DNA of 25,342 nucleotides from a virus (IMGVR_UViG_3300010366_000062:1-25342); one strand, 5' to 3'; positions 9,052 to 18,472 are shown, counted from the stretch's first letter. The notes: a model not told the origin generated them from the sequence alone. Numbers and translations are program-made.

Positions 9052-9843
9052 GATATCTGGAGCAAACAGGTTCTGCGCGCGACCGAGGCGAATCTGGTCT
9101 TCGCCAAATGTGTCAATCGCGGCTTCGAAGACGACGCCGCGGTCGGCAAGTCGGTCAAGGTCGCCAGCATCGGCAACGTCGCCGCGCGCGCGAAGGCCGA
9201 AAACACGGCCATCGTGTACGAGACGGTCGCCGAGACCGCCACGACCATCACGCTAAACATCTGGTCGTACGCCGCGGTCGGCATCGAAGACATCGTCAAA
9301 GTGCAGTCGATCGTCGACGTCCAGAACGAGTACCAGATGAAGATGGGCTACGCCATCGCCCGCGACATCGACTCGAAACTGGCCGCCGACGTGGCCGGCT
9401 TCACCCAGACCGTCGGCACGCTCGGCACCGCGCTGGCTGACGTGGACGTCATTCGCTCCAACCAGTATCTGGACGATGCCGACGCGCCCGCCGACGATCG
9501 CTTCTTCATCATGTCGCCGGCCGAGAAAGCCAGCAAGATCGGGCTGGATCGCTGGTCGAACGCGCTGTACATCGGCAACCCCAAGCCGGTCGTGACCGGC
9601 AGCCTGGGCGACATGTACGGCATGAACCTGTTCGTGACCACCAACCTGGTCAAGCCCGCAGGCGGCCAGGCCAACAACTTCGCTTTCCAGCGCGAAGCGC
9701 TCGCGCTGATCGTGCAGCGCTCGCCCAAATTGCACCTGTTCTACGACATCGACTTCTTCACCTGGAAGCTGGCCTCAGAGGTGATCTACGGCCACCAGAT
9801 GATGCGTCCCACCTTCGGCGTCTGGGCGAAAGGCGTCGGCTAA
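9052..9843 (+). CDS. Major capsid protein exon 2 (spliced product 283 aa, HK97-fold, P22-coat/N4-gp56-like)
   Basis: DIWSKQVL...GKSVKVASIG...MGYAIARDIDSKL...LDDADAPADDRFFIMSP...GDMYGMNLFVTTNL...AFQREALAL...IYG pattern typical of phage MCPs. Confidence 0.88.
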   Translation, partial: DIWSKQVLRATEANLVFAKCVNRGFEDDAAVGKSVKVASIGNVAARAKAENTAIVYETVAETATTITLNIWSYAAVGIEDIVKVQSIVDVQNEYQMKMGYAIARDIDSKLAADVAGFTQTVGTLGTALADVDVIRSNQYLDDADAPADDRFFIMSPAEKASKIGLDRWSNALYIGNPKPVVTGSLGDMYGMNLFVTTNLVKPAGGQANNFAFQREALALIVQRSPKLHLFYDIDFFTWKLASEVIYGHQMMRPTFGVWAKGVG

Positions 9844-9847
9844 AGAG

Positions 9848-10420
9848 ATGGCACAGCAGATAGATCAGGGGCAGTCACTGCTCGAGCGGCTTGAGCAACG
9901 CGCCGCGCCGGTCGAGCACCAGCCGTCGGCCGGCCTCACCTACAACTTTCCGTTGGCCTGGTACCGGCGCCCAGACGGCGACATCGTCCAGCTCCAATCG
10001 GACCCCTACAACCGCACCATGTACGAAAATCTGGGCTTCGTCCTGCTGCGCCCGTCCGAGGCGCGCGAGTGGATCACCGAGGTGCGGCCAGGGGTGCTCG
10101 CCGAACAGAAAAAGCGGGCTGCTCTGATCACCGCCATCCGTCGCATCGCCCAGCGCGTGCCGCAGTACGTGCTGGACGAGGACCAGGACAACCCGCTCAG
10201 TCTGCGGACCACCGAAGAACTCGAGGAGATCTTCAGCGACGCCAAAGAGGCCACCGGGCTCAAGATGCGGCTGCCGCCAATCAAGGCCGAGCCGAACAGC
10301 GCCCCGAGCGCGGACGCGCAGATGGCCGGCGTCGAGACCAACGTGAGCATGGAAGAGCTCGATTCGAAACTGCAGCGCGGGCGTGGCTACGACCCACTGC
10401 GCGAAGCAAGGAGGCGTTGA
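9848..10420 (+). CDS. Hypothetical head-associated protein, 190 aa
   Basis: Directly follows the MCP; strong codon bias. Confidence 0.7.
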   Translation: MAQQIDQGQSLLERLEQRAAPVEHQPSAGLTYNFPLAWYRRPDGDIVQLQSDPYNRTMYENLGFVLLRPSEAREWITEVRPGVLAEQKKRAALITAIRRIAQRVPQYVLDEDQDNPLSLRTTEELEEIFSDAKEATGLKMRLPPIKAEPNSAPSADAQMAGVETNVSMEELDSKLQRGRGYDPLREARRR

Positions 10421-10425
10421 GAGAT

Positions 10426-10725
10426 ATGGCTGAAGCAAGCCAGTGGCTGCAGGCGGCCCAGGCCGCGCAGTCCACGACGCCTGGCACGCCGCCGGGTGAC
10501 CTGTTCTTTACCTACAAGCGACCCGATGGGGATACGTTCATCGGCTCCGCGGCCAACGCCGAGGTGTACCTGCGCGAGGGGTTCACGGTGGAGGGCGAGC
10601 AGACGATTGAGGGCTCGGAGTCGTTTCGAGACCTGGTTAGTCCGGGCTCACGCGAACCCCCAGCGTCAGGTGTCACAACCACCTCCGCCACCTCCGCCAC
10701 CACCGCTGCCGCCGCCAGCGCGTAA
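10426..10725 (+). CDS. Hypothetical protein, 99 aa (start re-assigned to ATG 10426)
   Basis: AGGAGG upstream; MAEASQWLQ...; shares a Y.RPDGD...Y...GF motif with the previous gene. Confidence 0.7.
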   Translation: MAEASQWLQAAQAAQSTTPGTPPGDLFFTYKRPDGDTFIGSAANAEVYLREGFTVEGEQTIEGSESFRDLVSPGSREPPASGVTTTSATSATTAAAASA

Positions 10726-10742
10726 GAAGAAGGAGACCGCGC

Positions 10743-11162
10743 ATGCCGATCGCCAACCAGGGCGCCGCCGGCGGGCTGTGGACGCACACCCCGGTTGACT
10801 GGGCGGCCGACCTGGGCAACACCAAGCCGGCCACCTGGCCGACGGATGCCAGTCTGGGCTCGGCTGGCGCGGGGAAGGGCGCGCGCCCGCAGGGCCCGAG
10901 CACCACCCAGACCGGCGTCACCGGCACGCCCGGCGTGGCGCAGGCGACGATCGCCTGGACGACCACGCTGCCGGCCGATTCGCTGGTCGAGTACGGCACG
11001 ACTGTGGCCTATGGCAACACGACATATTCGGCCGCGCTGGTGACCAGCCACAGCGTGTTGCTGACCGGCCTGACGAGCGCCGTGCTGATCCACTACCGCG
11101 TGGCCAGCCAGGGTCAGGGGGTGAACACGGTGAGCGCGGACGCGACGGTGACGCCGACGTGA
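10743..11162 (+). CDS. Fibronectin type III-like (purple-acid-phosphatase N-terminal-type) virion decoration protein, 139 aa
   Basis: AAGGAG RBS; ATIAWTT..ADSLVEYGTT..YG...HSVLLTGL....HYRVAS FN3 signature. Confidence 0.75.
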   Translation: MPIANQGAAGGLWTHTPVDWAADLGNTKPATWPTDASLGSAGAGKGARPQGPSTTQTGVTGTPGVAQATIAWTTTLPADSLVEYGTTVAYGNTTYSAALVTSHSVLLTGLTSAVLIHYRVASQGQGVNTVSADATVTPT

Positions 11163-11575
11163 GCCATCGCTCCGGCTGCAGCTTCGGCCCTGGCTTCTAT
11201 CGCATCGAGCTCATTTCGGGCACGCGACGGTATTGCCAGACCGAGGCCGAGGTCAAGCAGGTGTACGCACTGCTGCTGCTGGACACCATCAAACGCGTGG
11301 CGCGCGACGGCTACTGCCTGGACGAGCCGCAGGCCGAGGCCTCTCGCGGCGTCCTGGATGGCGAGCTGTTCCTGAACATGCCCGAAAACGAGGCCAGGCG
11401 CGCGCTGGGCGATGTTACCCACGACGAGTACGTCAGGGCCTACCGCGCGGTTGAAGACGCGGTCCTGGCGCGAGACAGGGCCGTCGCCGCGGGTGCCGCG
11501 GACCGACCGTCGATCGTGGTCAAAAAGAAGGGGCGAGAGGTGGCTGACGTTGCGGCTCTTCGATTGCCACCGTAG
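11159..11575 (+). CDS. Hypothetical protein, 138 aa
   Basis: GTGA coupling with the previous gene; good codon bias. Confidence 0.65.
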   Translation: MSHRSGCSFGPGFYRIELISGTRRYCQTEAEVKQVYALLLLDTIKRVARDGYCLDEPQAEASRGVLDGELFLNMPENEARRALGDVTHDEYVRAYRAVEDAVLARDRAVAAGAADRPSIVVKKKGREVADVAALRLPP

Positions 11576-11912
11576 CCACCACGCCCGAATGGTTGCCGGC
11601 CGTGGCGACCAGGATTTTGACGATATCGCCGATGCGAATGGCACGGCGATTCGGCAACTTGCCACCGGTGAAACGCCCTGCGGTGCCGCCGGTCATCGTC
11701 GGTCGATTGGCCGGATCGGTCCACAGCGACTGGTTGTTGATCTGCACGTCGACGATGGTGGTGCCCGTGCCACCGGAGGCCGAGACGGCGCACGCCACGC
11801 TGCGGACCTGGGCTTCGGTCACCGCCACCATGGCCGCGATGACCTGGCCGGCCTGCACGTTGGTCGACACGTAGCCACTGAGGAAACCCTGGACGTGCGT
11901 GGGATCGGCCAC
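11520..11912 (-). CDS. Beta-rich virion-type domain protein, antisense to the structural operon, 130 aa
   Basis: [30 protein letters not shown]....GDIVKILV pattern resembles minor tail/fibre-tip domains of high-GC phages; the plus-strand frames here look non-coding. Confidence 0.65.
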   Translation of the reverse strand: MADPTHVQGFLSGYVSTNVQAGQVIAAMVAVTEAQVRSVACAVSASGGTGTTIVDVQINNQSLWTDPANRPTMTGGTAGRFTGGKLPNRRAIRIGDIVKILVATAGNHSGVVATVAIEEPQRQPPLAPSF

Positions 11913-11929
11913 GTGGCGAGCGTAGCAGC

Positions 11930-12622
11930 ATGACCGAGACGCCGACGCTCAACCCGTATCAGCCCACGCCGGCACCACCACTGCAGCCGCTGAATTCCAC
12001 GCCCGCGCCGCCGTTCGTGCCGGACGTGCCGCCGGCGTGGACCGGGCCGCAGGGCCCGCCTGGTCCGCAGGGCCCACAGGGGGATCAGGGTATCCAGGGG
12101 CCGACCGGGCCGCAGGGCGTGCAGGGACCCCAGGGCGTGCAGGGCGTGCAGGGCATCCAGGGTCCGCCCGGCGGCGCGCCGTCCTGGCGCGGCGAGTGGA
12201 ATTCCAGCACCACGTACGTTGCCAACGACGCGGTGTCGTACGTCGGCTCGAGCTACTACGCGCCCAGCAACGTCACGCTCGGCGTCGCACCACCGGCGGC
12301 TCCCTGGCAGCAGATCGCCGCCAAGGGCGACACCGGCTCGACGGGTCCAACAGGTGCCACCGGCGCAACGGGACCGGGCGTGCCAGCCGGCGGCACCACC
12401 GGTCAGGTTCTGGCAAAGACCAGCGCGACCGATTACGCGACGGCGTGGACGACGCCGGCCACCTTCGACCTGCTCGAGCAAGCCTCCAACCCCGCCACGC
12501 CAACGGCCGGCACGCTGCGCTTGTTCGCAAAAACCGACCACGGCCTGTACGTCATCGACTCCAGCGGCGCGGTGCGACGCCTGGACATCACCACCCTGGA
12601 GGCGGCCGTCTCGTATGCCTAG
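11930..12622 (+). CDS. Collagen-like minor tail/fibre protein, 230 aa
   Basis: Gly-X-Y run (GPQGPPGPQ...GVQGIQGPP), [19 protein letters not shown] carbohydrate-binding-like repeat, [23 protein letters not shown] motif. Confidence 0.85.
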   Translation: MTETPTLNPYQPTPAPPLQPLNSTPAPPFVPDVPPAWTGPQGPPGPQGPQGDQGIQGPTGPQGVQGPQGVQGVQGIQGPPGGAPSWRGEWNSSTTYVANDAVSYVGSSYYAPSNVTLGVAPPAAPWQQIAAKGDTGSTGPTGATGATGPGVPAGGTTGQVLAKTSATDYATAWTTPATFDLLEQASNPATPTAGTLRLFAKTDHGLYVIDSSGAVRRLDITTLEAAVSYA

Positions 12623-13655
12623 CCTGGCCACGTACCGCTCCACGTTTTCGGTCGAGGCGGGGCCGTACATCGGTCCGGACTCGTACGAGGTGCGCGCCAC
12701 GGCCAACTCGGACCTGACCCACCTGTACTGCGACGCCTATCCGATCAAGTCCGGGATCCCCCAGACCGACCAGCTCATCGACCGCCCGCTGTACCGCCCC
12801 GGCGCGGTCCAGCAGACCGACCGCCACCGCTATGTGCAGGGCTATCAGCCGGCGACCGGACTGATCACGCCCGACCTGGCCTGGGCACTGCCGCCGCTCG
12901 CCGACCCCGGCACGGGCACCCAGTACCAGGACATGGAGGCCTTCACCTACGCCGAGCTCGAAACGCAGATCTACGACGACTTGGAAAACACCGGCCTGGC
13001 CGGCTTCGGGGAGCGCTTCGAGGTGCTCGGGCCGTTCGATGTGCCGACCACGCATCGGTTGATCAACGACGGGTTGAAGAACTGCTGGCTGATCGTCGAG
13101 GTGGCGTGCATCCCGACGCCGCTGAAAAATCGCCACAACCTGTCGGTGGTGTGTCCCTGGCTGCAGGACCCGAGCGATGTGCTCCAGGTCGGCGTCATCA
13201 AGGACTACCAGGATCGCGACCTGATCGACCCGTTCGAAAGCGTGGTGCGCGGCATGATCGAACGCGATGGCGGCGACTTTTACTTGAACACCGGCACCAC
13301 CACCTTCGTCGATGGCGACATCCTGTGGCTGCGCGTGCTCAAGCGCGCCTACGACCACTGTCGCAAGAACGGCGGCATCTTCGGCGAGCAGAGTGGGCTG
13401 TACCTCGAAGACGACGAATCACCGTGTGAGCGCAACTGGGTCGCCTCCGCGGCACTGGTCATCGCCTGGCGAAGATTTGCGCACATGCTCGAGCCGCAGG
13501 CCAATCAGCGTTTGATCCGCGACCAGGCGTCGGCCGCGGCGTGGTTCACCGACGAGTGCCGCAAGCACTTCACCGCGCCTCTGCCGGGGCGCACGCTGCG
13601 ACGGCGTCGGTACTTCGGCCCGCCGCGGCAGCTCGCCGGGCAGTACTGGGGCTGA
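12615..13655 (+). CDS. Putative head-tail adaptor/tail protein, 346 aa (start at ATG 12615)
   Basis: GGAGG RBS near 12598; MPSLATYR...[12 protein letters not shown] motif like adaptor proteins; synteny before the nozzle-like gene. Confidence 0.5.
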   Translation: MPSLATYRSTFSVEAGPYIGPDSYEVRATANSDLTHLYCDAYPIKSGIPQTDQLIDRPLYRPGAVQQTDRHRYVQGYQPATGLITPDLAWALPPLADPGTGTQYQDMEAFTYAELETQIYDDLENTGLAGFGERFEVLGPFDVPTTHRLINDGLKNCWLIVEVACIPTPLKNRHNLSVVCPWLQDPSDVLQVGVIKDYQDRDLIDPFESVVRGMIERDGGDFYLNTGTTTFVDGDILWLRVLKRAYDHCRKNGGIFGEQSGLYLEDDESPCERNWVASAALVIAWRRFAHMLEPQANQRLIRDQASAAAWFTDECRKHFTAPLPGRTLRRRRYFGPPRQLAGQYWG

Positions 13656-13659
13656 TGCG

Positions 13660-15603
13660 ATGAGCCAGTACGTTCGCCGCGAGCCATATCCGTTCATGAT
13701 CAAGATCAACGGCACCGGGCACCTGCTCGGCTCGCCCGGTCCTGGCCAGCCGGCGCTGCTGTCAGCCAAGGCCGAGGACATCGCCAGCGTCGACCCGCCC
13801 GACTTCGACTACGCGAACCTGTCGCCATTGGCCGACCGCCAGGAGCCGTTCGAATCGCTGACGATCGGTATGGGCATGCGCACCCAGCACAAGTGGCACG
13901 ACTACCGCTACGCCGAGGCGATGGGCGTCGACCTGAGCGTGTGGCCGTGGTGCAAGGGACCCGAGGTGCTGAATTCGACGGGCGCGGGCACGGGCGAGGT
14001 GGTCGACTTCTTCGAGCTCGGCACGACCCTGTTCATGGCCGCCGGCACCCAGATCCTGTCATACGCGCCGAGCACGAACACGTGGACGGTCACCGCGACG
14101 TTTGCCAATCCGATCGTGTGCGCGGTGGTCTTCGCCTCGAACTTCGACGGCGTCCAGCGGGTGTGGGTCGGCTTCGGCGATGGCATCGTCGCGCAATGGA
14201 GCACCAACGGCACGGCGTTTACCGCCATGGCGACGTTCGGCGCGCGCGCGTTCGTCAGAATCGGCCGTGAGTGGTGGTGGGCCGACCAGACCAATCTGCT
14301 GCGCAAGTGCGACACCAACGCCGATCCGACCAGCGAGGCCAACTACACCAGTTTGCAGTTCCGCGTCGGCGATCGCAGCTCACCCATCACCGCGCTGTTG
14401 TCGACCGCGGGTGGTGTGCTGGTCATCGCCAAGACGGACGGGCTGTACACGCTGGATGCAGCGGGCGACGATCACCCGCTGTTTCCGTTCCTGCAGTTCG
14501 CGCCGAACGCGCGCAACGGACGCTGCCGCGGCCAGTTCCTGAACGACCTGTACCTGGGCTACGGCACCAATTTAGCGCGCGTCGGGACCGACCTGTCGAT
14601 GGAGCAGATCGGGCCCGAGCGGCTGCCCGACTACGACGGCCCGGTGCGCGGCCAGATCACGTCGTTCGTCGGCGTCGGGTCGCTGTTCGGCTACGCCGGC
14701 ATCTGGAATCCCGATACGTCGACGAGTTACCTGGTCAAGTTCGGCGCGTTCATCATCCAGGGCACCTTTTCGACGTACCAGACGCTGGCGAATGTGCTGG
14801 CCAACCCGGAGCGCATCGACGCGTGGAATGGCGCGCTCAACCACGGCTGGAGTGGGAAATACCCGTCGCGGATGTTCACCACGGCCATCGGTGCGCCAGC
14901 CGGGCACACCTTCACCATGATCGGGTTTTCAGACGGCACGTGCTCGCGCGTGGTCAACCCGTGTGTGTTCAACCCGCTGGCGTGCTCGCAGTACCGCTTC
15001 CTGGTGGGTGACGACTGGGTACGGCTACCGACGTGGCACGGCACGTATCAGGCGTCGCGCAAGACGCTCCGTGAGTGGTCGGTGACCGGCCCGCACATTG
15101 ATGCCAATAACTATCTGACGCTGGAGTACAAGACCAGCCCGTCGCAGACCACGTGGACCGACTTTGGCTACAACTTCCAGGCCGGCACCTTCGACCGCCA
15201 GCCGTTCCCGGTTGGCACCGTGGCCATTCTGGCGCAGTTCCGCGTGCACCTGCACAACAGCGTCAACACCGATTCGCCGGCGGTGGCCTCGGTGGCTATC
15301 GGGCACGCGCTGCGTCCGTCGCGCATGATGGCCTTCGAGGGCGACATCCTGTGCGCCGACGGGTTGGTGCGGCGTGACGGGGTGCCGATGCGCAAGGGCC
15401 GCATTCAGATTCGCCAGGAGGTTGAGGCCGCGGTCGACAATCCTGGCGCGGTCCCCGTGGTGCTGCCGGACGAGACCAATACGTACCTGAGCTTCATCGA
15501 CTACCGCGTCGGCCAGGCGTTCGACGAAGTTGGCCGCGAATGGCGCGGCAGCCTGCATATCAAGGCGGTGCAGTGGACCGCCGTGGAGCCACCCCCTAGC
15601 TAA
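13660..15603 (+). CDS. Putative tail nozzle/hub (beta-propeller-like) protein, 647 aa
   Basis: Beta-rich, aromatic-rich sequence (GDRSSPITALL..GGVLVIAKTDGLYTL); size and position between adaptor and fibre. Confidence 0.55.
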   Translation: MSQYVRREPYPFMIKINGTGHLLGSPGPGQPALLSAKAEDIASVDPPDFDYANLSPLADRQEPFESLTIGMGMRTQHKWHDYRYAEAMGVDLSVWPWCKGPEVLNSTGAGTGEVVDFFELGTTLFMAAGTQILSYAPSTNTWTVTATFANPIVCAVVFASNFDGVQRVWVGFGDGIVAQWSTNGTAFTAMATFGARAFVRIGREWWWADQTNLLRKCDTNADPTSEANYTSLQFRVGDRSSPITALLSTAGGVLVIAKTDGLYTLDAAGDDHPLFPFLQFAPNARNGRCRGQFLNDLYLGYGTNLARVGTDLSMEQIGPERLPDYDGPVRGQITSFVGVGSLFGYAGIWNPDTSTSYLVKFGAFIIQGTFSTYQTLANVLANPERIDAWNGALNHGWSGKYPSRMFTTAIGAPAGHTFTMIGFSDGTCSRVVNPCVFNPLACSQYRFLVGDDWVRLPTWHGTYQASRKTLREWSVTGPHIDANNYLTLEYKTSPSQTTWTDFGYNFQAGTFDRQPFPVGTVAILAQFRVHLHNSVNTDSPAVASVAIGHALRPSRMMAFEGDILCADGLVRRDGVPMRKGRIQIRQEVEAAVDNPGAVPVVLPDETNTYLSFIDYRVGQAFDEVGREWRGSLHIKAVQWTAVEPPPS

Positions 15604-15616
15604 AGGAGGTCTGTCA

Positions 15617-16789
15617 GTGGCCAGAACCAACTCGGTCAACTTCACCGGTGCGAACCAGTTCCCGATCGCTAACGCGGGCACGGACATCTTCAAGAAGGAG
15701 GACGTCCAGGTCGCGACCAAGTCGCTCGACCTGCACGATCACTCGCCGGGGCTGGGCCTGCCGATCAATCCCGCAGCGATTCCCGCGGGCACGATCACCT
15801 CGGCCATGATTGCCGACGGCACCATCCAGGGTGCCGACATCGCCACCGGCGCGATCACCACGACGCAGATCGCCGACGGCACGATTGCCACGGCCGACAT
15901 TGCCAATCAGGCGGTCGCCAACGCCAAGCTCGGCACCGACACGGCGCGCCTGAATTTACTGACCAATGGCGGCTTCGAGATCTGGCAGCGTGGAGCCGGG
16001 GCATTTGCTGGCAGCGCCAGTGGGACCTACAACGCCGATAGGTGGGCGGCGTTCGTAGCCGGTGGCGACACGTTCAGCGTCAGCCGCGACAGCGCAAACG
16101 TCGATGGGGCTGGCTCGTACTGCGCGGCGGTGACGTATACGCGTTCGGCGGGCGGCAGTCAGTTTGCCCAGCAATGCAACGAGCAGGCTGTCCTTTTGCG
16201 GAATAAGCCGGTCACGTTCTCAGTCCGCGTCAAATGCAGCACCGCGAATGCGGTGCAGGTTGCGATCTACGACGGCTCCGTCTGGACCCAGGGCACGTTT
16301 CATACAGGCGGTGGGGCCTACGAAACCCTGACCATGACGCGTACCGTCGCGGCAGCGGCAACTGGGCTGAATGTCGCCGTGTGGTTCACGGCCTCCTGCA
16401 CGGCGTATCTGGACAACGCCATGCTGGTGGTGGGCTCGGTGGCGGCCGACTACGCGCCGCTGCACCCGGCCGACGACCTGGCGAGATGCCAGCGGTACTA
16501 CGAGAAGATCGCAGACCTGTTCTTCGGTGTCGGCTACTGCATGTCTGCGACTGTCGCCGAATACCTCATTCCATATATAGCTCACAAGGGCGGAACGCCG
16601 ACGCTGACTGTGAGCACGTCCGGTATGACAGTGCGAGATTTAGGCAATCCGGTAACTGTGACCGGAGTGGCCTACAACAGTCCTGGGTTAGATAAAGGCT
16701 TGATTCAGGTAAACGTAGCGAGTGGCCTGACTGCGGGTCGTGGATCAACGCTCGCCAATGGATCAATCGCAGTTGAGTACAACCCATGA
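15617..16789 (+). CDS. Tail fibre/receptor-binding protein, 390 aa (start GTG 15617)
   Basis: AAGGAGGT RBS; HDH motif; 10-aa repeats ITSAMIADGT/IQGADIATGA/ITTTQIADGT/IATADIANQA; NLLTNGGFEIWQRG...ADRW carbohydrate-binding-like module; DDLARCQRYY junction motif. Confidence 0.8.
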   Translation: MARTNSVNFTGANQFPIANAGTDIFKKEDVQVATKSLDLHDHSPGLGLPINPAAIPAGTITSAMIADGTIQGADIATGAITTTQIADGTIATADIANQAVANAKLGTDTARLNLLTNGGFEIWQRGAGAFAGSASGTYNADRWAAFVAGGDTFSVSRDSANVDGAGSYCAAVTYTRSAGGSQFAQQCNEQAVLLRNKPVTFSVRVKCSTANAVQVAIYDGSVWTQGTFHTGGGAYETLTMTRTVAAAATGLNVAVWFTASCTAYLDNAMLVVGSVAADYAPLHPADDLARCQRYYEKIADLFFGVGYCMSATVAEYLIPYIAHKGGTPTLTVSTSGMTVRDLGNPVTVTGVAYNSPGLDKGLIQVNVASGLTAGRGSTLANGSIAVEYNP

Positions 16790-17145
16790 GCATCAGACCA
16801 GTCCAATTCAATACTGACGGCTCCATCGACGTGGTGTACGACGAAACAGGTCACACCGGCACCATCCCCGCCGCCGAGGTGCGCTGGACCACCGGAATCG
16901 ACGGAACACCGAATCATTCATACATCGTGCTGAACTGTCCGGATGGCTGCGGCGCGAGTTCGACCCATCCAGTGGGTGGCGGCGCGGCGCCCGTCGAGGT
17001 GCAGCAGATGTTCGTCCACAAGACCGACCACGACGGCTGCGCCTGCGGCCAGGTCACTCCTACGGATTCGACCACGCTCGGCGAGTCGCACGTCCGCCTG
17101 AATGTCAATCGCATGGATGGACCTGGGAGGTGGCAGCTCGCATGA
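16786..17145 (+). CDS. Hypothetical Cys/His-containing protein, 119 aa (possible fibre chaperone)
   Basis: ATGA coupling; CPDGC and CAC motifs. Confidence 0.65.
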   Translation: MSIRPVQFNTDGSIDVVYDETGHTGTIPAAEVRWTTGIDGTPNHSYIVLNCPDGCGASSTHPVGGGAAPVEVQQMFVHKTDHDGCACGQVTPTDSTTLGESHVRLNVNRMDGPGRWQLA

Positions 17146-17351
17146 CCGAAACCGAGTTCCAATTCAAAGTGGTGTACGTCGACCCCGGCAACGGCTTGAT
17201 CGTCGGCATGGAGCCGAGTGGCGGCGCGGTCGGCAGCGCCCACAAGGTAGCAGTGCTATTCGACCCGAACGAATACGCCAAGTTGAGGGTCACCGATCCG
17301 GCGTACCTGAGTAGCGACAAGCTGCACGTGCTGGCAGCACCGGATCACTGA
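17142..17351 (+). CDS. Hypothetical protein, 69 aa
   Basis: GGAGG RBS; ATG 17142 overlaps the previous stop. Confidence 0.6.
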   Translation: MTETEFQFKVVYVDPGNGLIVGMEPSGGAVGSAHKVAVLFDPNEYAKLRVTDPAYLSSDKLHVLAAPDH

Positions 17352-17540
17352 GTGATGACCGAAGACGAGATCCAACAGGCAATCGCGGTTCTTCAACAGC
17401 AGCAGGCGCTGCAGTCCGCAGCGCTCAAGGCCGCGCTCGAGGCGCGCTGGACCGGCGAAGACTCGGTCGACGCGTATGTAAAGGCGCTTACGCCGGGCAT
17501 CGACACCGCGCCCGAGATTCCGTTGTACGCGGATGGCTGA
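17352..17540 (+). CDS. Small helical protein paralogous to the endolysin N-terminal region, about 62 aa
   Basis: IQQ...QQA...EARW..DS..A...L.P is shared with the N-terminus of the next gene. Confidence 0.7.
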   Translation: MMTEDEIQQAIAVLQQQQALQSAALKAALEARWTGEDSVDAYVKALTPGIDTAPEIPLYADG

Positions 17541-18270
17541 CGGGCCGAGCATCCAGCAGCAGCTCGACCTGCTCAAAGAACAGCAGGCGGCCATCAGTGC
17601 CGGCTTGAACGCGATGAACGAGGCGCGCTGGCTGGCTGCCGACTTCGGCGCCGACTCACTCGAGGCGATTTTGTATGGCCTGAACCCGAACTGGGCCGGT
17701 CAGATCTCGGCGCGAGAGCCGCTGTACGTGCGGCCGCCCGCGCCGCCTGAGGCGAACGTCGTCTGGGTCGGAAGTCCGAATCACTATCAGGGCCGCGCCG
17801 GCTGGCCCGTGGTGGCCATCGTGGTGCACACCATGGCCGGCACGCTCGCCTCCTGCGACAGTTGGTTTCAGAACCCGGCCAGCCAGGTGTCGTCGCACTA
17901 CGGCATCGGCCTGCAGGGCCAACAGCACCAGTATGTGAAGCTGGCCGATGGTTCCTGGGCGAATGGCATCCTCGAGCCCGGCAACCAGTGGGTCACGATC
18001 GTCGGCAACTCGGCCAATCCGAACTACCAGACGGTGACCATCGAGACCGAGGACAACGGCTCGGGCGCGACGGCGGTGACGGATGCGCAATACGCCGGCA
18101 CGCTGGCGGTCTCTCGGCTGGCCATGCAGACCTACCCCGCCATCCAGTACCTGATGTCACACCGCACCATCTCGCCGAGCTCGCGCAGCGCGTGCTGCGG
18201 TGGGCGCTGGTGGGACTCGGGTCGCTTCGATCAGCTCGCCGCGGACCTGGGCCTGCAGGCCTATCCCTGA
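17533..18270 (+). CDS. Endolysin, N-acetylmuramoyl-L-alanine amidase (Amidase_2-like), 245 aa
   Basis: SPNH..GR, IVVHTMAG, SQVSSHYGI, QYV..SWANG, NYQTVTIETE, SHR and C(C)G zinc-amidase motifs. Confidence 0.9.
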   Translation: MADGPSIQQQLDLLKEQQAAISAGLNAMNEARWLAADFGADSLEAILYGLNPNWAGQISAREPLYVRPPAPPEANVVWVGSPNHYQGRAGWPVVAIVVHTMAGTLASCDSWFQNPASQVSSHYGIGLQGQQHQYVKLADGSWANGILEPGNQWVTIVGNSANPNYQTVTIETEDNGSGATAVTDAQYAGTLAVSRLAMQTYPAIQYLMSHRTISPSSRSACCGGRWWDSGRFDQLAADLGLQAYP

Positions 18271-18285
18271 GCTGAGAGATGTCTG

Positions 18286-18471
18286 GTGGACGAGCAGCGG
18301 CTGGAACTCGTCAGGACGCTGGCCACCGCGGCGATCGCCGTCGTGCTGATCCTGGCCATGACCTGGATCGTGGTGCTGCCGCACACGGACGAGGCGGCCA
18401 GCAAGGCGGCGCTGCTGGTGGTTGGCTCGGCGGTGGGTTTTCTGTTCGGGCGCGAGACGCGTAGTTCCTGA
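18286..18471 (+). CDS. Holin-like protein, 2 TM, 61 aa
   Basis: Two hydrophobic segments ending GFLFG; follows the endolysin. Confidence 0.65.
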   Translation: MDEQRLELVRTLATAAIAVVLILAMTWIVVLPHTDEAASKAALLVVGSAVGFLFGRETRSS

Positions 18472-18472
18472 A

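Noticed and set aside
12219-12614. Extended N-terminus of the tracked 478-aa ORF
   Set aside because: Overlaps the collagen gene in another frame; RBS and composition support ATG 12615.
15617-16789. Diversity-generating retroelement target in the tail fibre
   Set aside because: No reverse transcriptase and no template/variable repeat pair seen in the window.
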